NCBI GenBank assembly: GCA_965261005.1
Contig: OZ253375.1
Coordinates: 1,664,001-1,728,000 of the forward strand
DNA from: Deinococcus sp.
Lineage (GTDB): Bacteria; Deinococcota; Deinococci; Deinococcales; Deinococcaceae
DNA: 64,000 nt
Reading direction: 5' to 3'
Part shown: positions 55,715-64,000 of the stretch, one piece after another
How positions within the stretch are numbered: the first letter of the stretch is position 1
Layout of the letters: each line of letters opens with the position of its first letter
Notes under the pieces: model-generated
Seen by the model: only the letters and a program-made list of their open reading frames with translations
Databases searched by the model: none
What the model was told of the DNA's origin: nothing
Program-made: the position numbers and the translations under genes

Positions 55715-56203
55715 GCCAAGACGGACCCGATCCTGCATGGGGAGGCGGGACGGGCGGCGGTGCTGGCGGGGGTGTACAAAGCGACCGGCCTCACCTTCCG
55801 GGTCTTCGCCGCCAACCTGCCCTACAACCTCGCGCTCGAACAGCTGGACAAGAAGCTGAAAGAAGCCACGCCCGAAAAGCTACACGACCGTGAGGGCTTG
55901 CAGGCCGCGATCAAAAGCTGGACGAAGCTGCTCGACGGCATGGACAAGCTGCGGATCGGCGACAGCGCCGACGAGATGGCCCACATGCTCCAGCTCGACA
56001 ATACCGAGACGTATAGGGCGCTCAAGCTGCTGGGCGAGGTTGTCCTTCCCGGAGAAGACAAACGTCATGGGCCGGACTGGACGGTATTCCTGACCAAACA
56101 CGCGCTCATCAAGGACGACCAGGGTTTGGTGACGCTGGTTGCTGAAGAACGCGGAAAGTCGCTCTTCATCAAGCTTTGGGCACACCATCCCAGTGGACAT
56201 TGA
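55715..56203 (+). pseudogene. Orphan duplicate of the lipase C-terminal region fused to an immunity-like tail
   Basis: AKTDPILHGEAGRAAVLAGVYK..YRALK repeats 53244-53312 plus 54798-55050; ends LIKDDQGLVTLVAEE, similar to PLKEDLGLVSLVVEE of 55154-55612. Confidence 0.82.
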
Positions 56204-56456
56204 CGGCCGGCAGTACCTTAGTACTGACCCACTCCAGCTCGGAAGCGCGCCCCGCCTCAATCTCGAAGCTGCCCGTGTGCTGGCCATTCAACGAGGTTTC
56301 GGTCAGGGTGACGCGCAGCGCCGTGATCGGTGTCGTCATGGGCAGTTGGCCCTCGTCGAAGGCCATGTGCAGCGCCGCGATCAGCGGCGCCGGCAGGGGT
56401 GTATTGGAGCGCAACTCGCCTTGTTCGTTGACCAGCACCCAAAACGTCGTATTCAT
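56169..56456 (-). CDS. Hypothetical protein
   Basis: GGGGAG RBS before ATG and plausible codon usage; no family recognised. Confidence 0.5.
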   Translation of the reverse strand: MNTTFWVLVNEQGELRSNTPLPAPLIAALHMAFDEGQLPMTTPITALRVTLTETSLNGQHTGSFEIEAGRASELEWVSTKVLPAVNVHWDGVPKA

Positions 56457-56917
56457 CAAGTCTCCCCATACCGCCACTGCCATCCGGCAGAGAAATGCGG
56501 CTCCTTCATCCTTGCAACGGGCAGCTTCAGTTTTATGAGACCAAGGCTGCCCGATTTGTGCGCCGCACCCCTCGCTCTTGGCGTGCCAATCTGGCGATCA
56601 GGACCGCTACAAGGTCAGCCTCATCCCTGTTCGGCATGGCCCTGACCGGACATTGTTCGGCCAGGACGGCGCGCCGAGCAAGGACACCGCGGGCTGCCTC
56701 AGTGTTGGCGTGGGCGAGCGGCGCCAGGCGCCTTGAGCGATATGGACCAGGTCGCGCTTAGAGAATCCCACCGCCCACGAACAGGCGCAGCGCCGCCAGG
56801 GCCAGCACCACCACGCACAGAATCAGCCCGCCGCGCTGACGGCTGAGGTCGCCCAGGATCAGGCCCAGCAAGGCGGCGGGCACCGTCAGAAACCAAGCGC
56901 CTTGAGCGGGGCAGCAA

Positions 56918-57472
56918 GTGAACGGCGCCCTCGACGCCCGCGACGCCGTGTTTAAAGCCCTGGGGCACCCGACGCGCCTCTTGATGGTCAACCTCACCTG
57001 AGACCAGCCGCGCCACGGCGAGGAACTGGCGGCCATCCTGAAGATCACGCCGGCCACCGCCAGCCATCACCTGTCGCAGCTGGTCGAGACGGGCCTGCTC
57101 TCTGCCCGGCGCGACGGCCCGTACCAGATGTACGCCCCGGACAAGGCGCGCTTCGGGGCGACCCTGGAAAGCCTGTGCCGTCAGCCGCAACAGGAAGTGC
57201 CGCCGGGTACGGACGACTACCAACAAAAAGTTTTGCGCGCCTTTTTGAAGCAGGGCCGCTTGGTCCGTATTCCGGCGCAGCGCAAAAAGCGCGACGTGAT
57301 CCTGGACGTGTTGGCGGAGCTGTTCGAGCCGGACCGCGACTACCCCGAGCGCGAGGTGAACCTCAAGCTCGCGGAGTTCCACGAGGACTTCTTCACCCTG
57401 CGCCGCGAGCTGATTGGGCGCGGATTGATGACGCGCGAGGGGGGCGTGTACCGCCGGGTCATACGAACTTAA
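56918..57472 (+). pseudogene. ArsR-type HTH + DUF2087 regulator with an internal stop
   Basis: VFKALGHPTRL..T*DQPRHGEELA..PATASHHLSQL; TGA at 56999-57001; C-terminal IPAQRKKR..YPEREVN..DFFTLRRELI. Confidence 0.82.
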
Positions 57473-57586
57473 GATGAGTCGAAGACGAATCCGAGCGGAG
57501 CGAGTACAAGAAAATACGGGATGGCGACGATGGAAACCTATGTTGGTGTTTTCCCGACATAGGTTGGAATCAAAGCAGTTCCGTAT
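57461..57586. repeat. MITE/SNR-like element of about 126 bp
   Basis: Ends ATACGAACT and AGTTCCGTAT; internal hairpin AACCTATGTTGG..CCGACATAGGTT; TCA flanks the TACG..CGTA core on both sides. Confidence 0.62.
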
Positions 57587-57589
57587 CAC

Positions 57590-58516
57590 TCACGCCGGCG
57601 CGGGCACCTGATCCAAGAGGGCGCGCAGCTCCCCCAGCGTCTCCACCCGGACCAAGCTCTCCCGCCACTCCGGCCGCCCCGGAAAGTAGCGCGGCAAGAC
57701 TTTTCGCAACTGGAGTAGGCCGCGCCGCTCGCCGTAAAAGCTGGCGTTCAGCGCGGCGTGGCGCAGGGCGACCTCCGCGCGCTCCGCCTCTGTGGGCGCC
57801 GGCCCGCCGCCCACCTGACGAAACAGCCACGGGTTGCCCACCGCGCCGCGCCCCACCATCACGCCGGCCACCCCGAGGGCCAGCTTCTCGCGCGCCGCCC
57901 CCACGCTCGTCACGTCGCCCGAGCCGACCAGCGGAATCCGCAGCGCCGCCGCGACGCGGGCGATGGCGTCCCAATCGGCCTCGCCCTCGTAGCGCTGGAC
58001 AGCGGTACGCCCGTGTACGGCGATCAGGTCGGCCCCGGCCGCCTCCAGGCCCAGGGCGATGTCCAGCGCCTGGTCCTGGTCCCAGCCGAGGCGCAGCTTG
58101 GCGCTGACGTCGCAGCTCACGGCCGCACGCATGGCGCGCAGCAATTCGTAGGCCGTCTCGGGCGCCCTGAGCAGCGAGCTGCCGCCCCGGCCGCGCACCT
58201 TGGGCACCGGGCAGCCCAAGTTGAGGTCAATCGCGGCGGGCGCGAAGGTCGCCTCCACCCGCCGCGCGGCCTCCGCCAAAACGTGTGGATCGGCGCCGAA
58301 CAGCTGAATCACGCGCCCCTCCTCTCCCGGCAGCGGGCGCCCGATGTCCAGGGTGGCGTCCCCTTCGAGCACCCCACGCGCGCTCATCATCTCGCTGACG
58401 GTCCACAGCGCGCCAAGCTGAGCGGAGATTCGGCGAAAGGGCGCGTCGCTGTAGCCGGCCATCGGGGCCAAGACGGCCCCCCTTTGGATCAGCTTCGCGG
58501 CGTAAAAACCCTGCAC
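57590..58516 (-). CDS. tRNA-dihydrouridine synthase (DusB-like)
   Basis: [40 protein letters not shown]. Confidence 0.94.
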   Translation of the reverse strand: MQGFYAAKLIQRGAVLAPMAGYSDAPFRRISAQLGALWTVSEMMSARGVLEGDATLDIGRPLPGEEGRVIQLFGADPHVLAEAARRVEATFAPAAIDLNLGCPVPKVRGRGGSSLLRAPETAYELLRAMRAAVSCDVSAKLRLGWDQDQALDIALGLEAAGADLIAVHGRTAVQRYEGEADWDAIARVAAALRIPLVGSGDVTSVGAAREKLALGVAGVMVGRGAVGNPWLFRQVGGGPAPTEAERAEVALRHAALNASFYGERRGLLQLRKVLPRYFPGRPEWRESLVRVETLGELRALLDQVPAPA

Positions 58517-58677
58517 AGCTGGAGGTTAGCGCAAGCCCCACTCTCATTCCAAAGCTTCAGGCCGGGTGAGCGTCCGCACGGCGAGCGACACACGGCAAGC
58601 TGAAAAAAAGCCTGCATACTCTGACGGCAACCGCCCGCTTATACTGATTTCAACCCCGACAACCCCTGGAGGATCGT

Positions 58678-59151
58678 GTGCTCAGCGCGTCGCCCATCAC
58701 CCTGCACCAGGCCCACCTGCTGCACCAACTGTACGGTTCGGCGCCCGCCTACTTCGGGTTGCTCGGCACGCCCATGCCCTCGCGCCACGAGGTCGAGCGC
58801 GAGGTCGAACTGGCGCTGCTCGATCCGCGCCGCCAGCTGGAACTGCTGTGGCAAGGCGAGCAATTGATCGGCGCCCTCGACACCAAGCGGCACTTTCCGC
58901 AAGGGGGCGACCTCACCATCAACCTGCTCCTGATCGCCGGGCCGTGCCAAGGTCAGGGCCACGGCTCGCGCGCCGTGCTCGACTTGGAGGCGCGCCTACC
59001 CACAGACGTGGGACGGCTGCTCGCCAGCGTGCTGGGCGATAATTCGCGTGCGGCGCGCTTTTGGCAACGCCACGGCTACCGCCACGCCATTGACGCCCTT
59101 CCCGTGATGACCTGGTACGCCAAGGATGTGAGCGCGGCCGTGAACGTCTAA
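58678..59151 (+). CDS. GNAT family acetyltransferase
   Basis: LLLI..QGQGHG, N..A.RFWQRHGY. Confidence 0.85.
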   Translation: MLSASPITLHQAHLLHQLYGSAPAYFGLLGTPMPSRHEVEREVELALLDPRRQLELLWQGEQLIGALDTKRHFPQGGDLTINLLLIAGPCQGQGHGSRAVLDLEARLPTDVGRLLASVLGDNSRAARFWQRHGYRHAIDALPVMTWYAKDVSAAVNV

Positions 59152-59204
59152 CGCCCGTCACCCGCCTCACGGTGGCGCTTTTTGGGGTGCGGCAAGCTAG
59201 AAAG

Positions 59205-59921
59205 ATGAACCACGCTTACGTGGACGGCAGCCAGCAGGGGGATGTGGGCGGTTGGGGCGTGATTCTGCTGTCTCCTGGCCAGCTGGGGGCGCGTCACTGC
59301 GGGCGGGCGCGGGTGGCTGACAACGGCGCCTGCGAGCTGCTGGCAGTGCTGGAGGCCGTGCAGCTGGCTCCTCCCGGCCAGCCGCTGACCATTCACACCG
59401 ACGCGACCTGCGCCGTGCAGGCGGTGCGGCGCGGCACCTTGCACCCGCAGCAGAGCGAACTGGGCGAGCGGGTGCGGCGCCTCGCGCACGAGCGCGGCAT
59501 TCGCCTGAGCGTGACCCTGACCCCGCGCGCCGCGCGCCGCCTGCAAGAGGCGCACCAGCTCGCCGTAGGCGCGCGGCTGGAGGTGGCGCCCAGCGTGCCG
59601 GAGCGCCCGCAGGTGCGGGTGCGCGTGCGCAAGCTGGCTTGGGGCGCGCGGGCCGACCTCACTTTCAAACGTGATGGGCAGACCGAGCGGGCGGCGCCGC
59701 TGCTGCCCGAGCAAGAAGGCGTGCCGCCCGCGCTGCTGGCCCTCGGCGAGCTGGTCCGGCGCGCCCGGCCAGGAGAACAGTTGAACGTCCTGATGGACTC
59801 GACCTTGGTGCCGAGTTGGTGGCAGGAGCCTGATCTGGCCGTGCATCCCGGGGCGCGCGCCACCTTGGAAGAGATCCGTGCGCAGGCGGACGGGCGCGGC
59901 GTCACGCTGGAGTTCGAGTGA
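59205..59921 (+). CDS. RNase H-like domain protein
   Basis: AYVDGS..GGWGV, NGACELLAVLEAV, IHTDA. Confidence 0.72.
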   Translation: MNHAYVDGSQQGDVGGWGVILLSPGQLGARHCGRARVADNGACELLAVLEAVQLAPPGQPLTIHTDATCAVQAVRRGTLHPQQSELGERVRRLAHERGIRLSVTLTPRAARRLQEAHQLAVGARLEVAPSVPERPQVRVRVRKLAWGARADLTFKRDGQTERAAPLLPEQEGVPPALLALGELVRRARPGEQLNVLMDSTLVPSWWQEPDLAVHPGARATLEEIRAQADGRGVTLEFE

Positions 59922-60463
59922 CGCAGGATGAAGAGGCCGACCCCCTGCTCTCCACCCACGAGCTGAAGGGGCGCGGCTGGACGCCCTCGCTGATCCGCGA
60001 CTTTCTGGGGCCGCACGACGCCACCCGGCCAAACCGCATGCGCCTGGGTGGGCGGCGCACGCTGCCCCACGTCAAGCTCTACTTGACGGAGCGGGTGAAC
60101 GAGGCCGAGTCGGAGGAGCGTTTTTTGATCGCGCAGGGGCGGGCCATGGACGCCCGCGAGCGCGCCGAACGCGCCCGGAATACCCGCCGGGCCAAGCGGT
60201 TGGCCCAGGTGGAGGCGCTGCTGAGCGATTGGCCGCCCAAGATCGCGCCCGTACAGATTCGCCGGGGCGCCCGCCGTAAGGCTTACGTGGCGCATCAAGA
60301 CCTGTTGCTGGACGCCCAAAGCCGGGTGAACGCCGCCCTGCCCAACTTGCCGCGCGCCGAGCGGGCCGCCGTGGAGGCGCGTCTGGAGACGCTGTACTGG
60401 GCGGCGCTGGAGGCCGCTTACCCGTGGTTGATGAAGCGGGAGATCATCCCGGACCACACTTGA
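59918..60463 (+). CDS. Hypothetical protein
   Basis: GTGA overlap with the upstream gene; ELKGRGWTPSLIRDFLG..KLY..RV..AE. Confidence 0.7.
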   Translation: MTQDEEADPLLSTHELKGRGWTPSLIRDFLGPHDATRPNRMRLGGRRTLPHVKLYLTERVNEAESEERFLIAQGRAMDARERAERARNTRRAKRLAQVEALLSDWPPKIAPVQIRRGARRKAYVAHQDLLLDAQSRVNAALPNLPRAERAAVEARLETLYWAALEAAYPWLMKREIIPDHT

Positions 60464-60494
60464 TTTCGGCACGCGCGGTATGCTGGGAGACGCC

Positions 60495-63299
<2,805 letters not shown>

Positions 63300-63334
63300 T
63301 GGCTGGCTAAGCGACCCAATGGTATTGTTGGGTC

Positions 63335-63781
63335 GTGATTCCGCCGTTCGATGAACGTGGTTTTTTACCGCCCGGCGAGTATGTATGCGCCTGGACGGAA
63401 TGCGTGGAGCGCTTCGGGAATCACCCTCAGCGTCAACGGCTGCTCACTGGACTGCGTGAAGTGTTGGACATTTTGCGCGCCGCTGGCTGCCGCACAGTCT
63501 ATTTGGACGGCAGTTTCGTGACCGACAAGCCGCGCCCCAACGATGTGGACGCGGCTTATAGCACAACTGGTCTCGATTGGGAGCAACTTCAGCGCGCCGC
63601 GCCGGAGCTGCTCGACTTTCGCGACGGCCGCGCCGCCCAGAAACGCCGGTATGGCGGCGAGTTCTTTCCAGCCGAATGGGCAGCCGACTTGGCCGGTGAA
63701 CCGTTTCTCAGCTTCTTTCAGCACGACCGGGACGGCCGGCCCAAGGGCGTCGTCGTCTTGCATTTGGAGGCCGCGTTATGA
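63335..63781 (+). CDS. DUF6932-like nucleotidyltransferase-fold protein
   Basis: G.LPPG, YLDGSFVTDK..PNDVD (GS..DxD), terminal PKGVV. Confidence 0.78.
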   Translation: MIPPFDERGFLPPGEYVCAWTECVERFGNHPQRQRLLTGLREVLDILRAAGCRTVYLDGSFVTDKPRPNDVDAAYSTTGLDWEQLQRAAPELLDFRDGRAAQKRRYGGEFFPAEWAADLAGEPFLSFFQHDRDGRPKGVVVLHLEAAL

Positions 63782-64000
63782 TTCAGAACGAACGCCAGTA
63801 CCGCGTCACACGCACCCAGGTTGCCACCTTCGAGCGGGCGCTGGCGCAGTTGGATGGGCGGGCGGAAGAGTTGCATCCCATCGCCCTGCGCGCCCAACGC
63901 AACGCCCTCACCTCACAGCTTGAAACACTGAAGGCGGAACTGGCCCGCTTCGAGGCGTTACGGGCCGGTCAGGTGACGTTCGACCACTTGGACGTGGTGG
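63778..64000 (+). CDS. N-terminus of a probable XRE-HTH partner protein (cut by window end)
   Basis: ATGA overlap; MIQNERQYRVTRTQVATFERAL..ALTSQLETLKAELARFEALRAG coiled-coil hairpin. Confidence 0.65.
   Translation, partial: MIQNERQYRVTRTQVATFERALAQLDGRAEELHPIALRAQRNALTSQLETLKAELARFEALRAGQVTFDHLDVV

Noticed and set aside
56500..56917. Short ORFs including a hydrophobic tail at 56758-56900 (minus strand)
   Set aside because: No convincing start or family; possibly decayed remnants.
56999..57001. Recoded UGA (selenocysteine) here or at 2395
   Set aside because: Positions do not correspond to catalytic Cys and no SECIS was recognised; simple nonsense mutation is more likely.

Overview
High-GC bacterial chromosome segment, most likely Deinococcus (inference from a V/A-type ATP synthase operon, DUF1999 and CbiX-DR2241 type genes, and many leaderless TANNNT-N6-ATG starts). 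The backbone is housekeeping: prfC, V-ATPase operon, glnK-amt, pth, lepB, mutY, mug, nagZ-like GH3, dus, sucA. Accessory patches: (i) an island at about 10.1-19.2 kb with an IS66-split NPCBM/PA14/EEP lipoprotein, an IS4 element, a truncated IS1, and a three-gene operon reading as BrnT-like toxin + tandem-RHH antitoxin with a tail + SecB-like chaperone, i.e. a candidate toxin-antitoxin-chaperone (TAC) system of unusual composition and the best novelty candidate; (ii) a TacT-like GNAT with an unrecognised 60-aa partner at 44.2-44.9 kb, plus a hidden paralogous partner and toxin stub at 10.1-10.4 kb; (iii) an IS66-split lipase effector, immunity-like gene and orphan C-terminal cassette at 51.3-56.2 kb; (iv) a leader peptide plus terminator upstream of prfC; (v) several short repeat families. 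No rRNA, tRNA or CRISPR array was recognised. All family calls come from motif recognition by eye, not from database searches.
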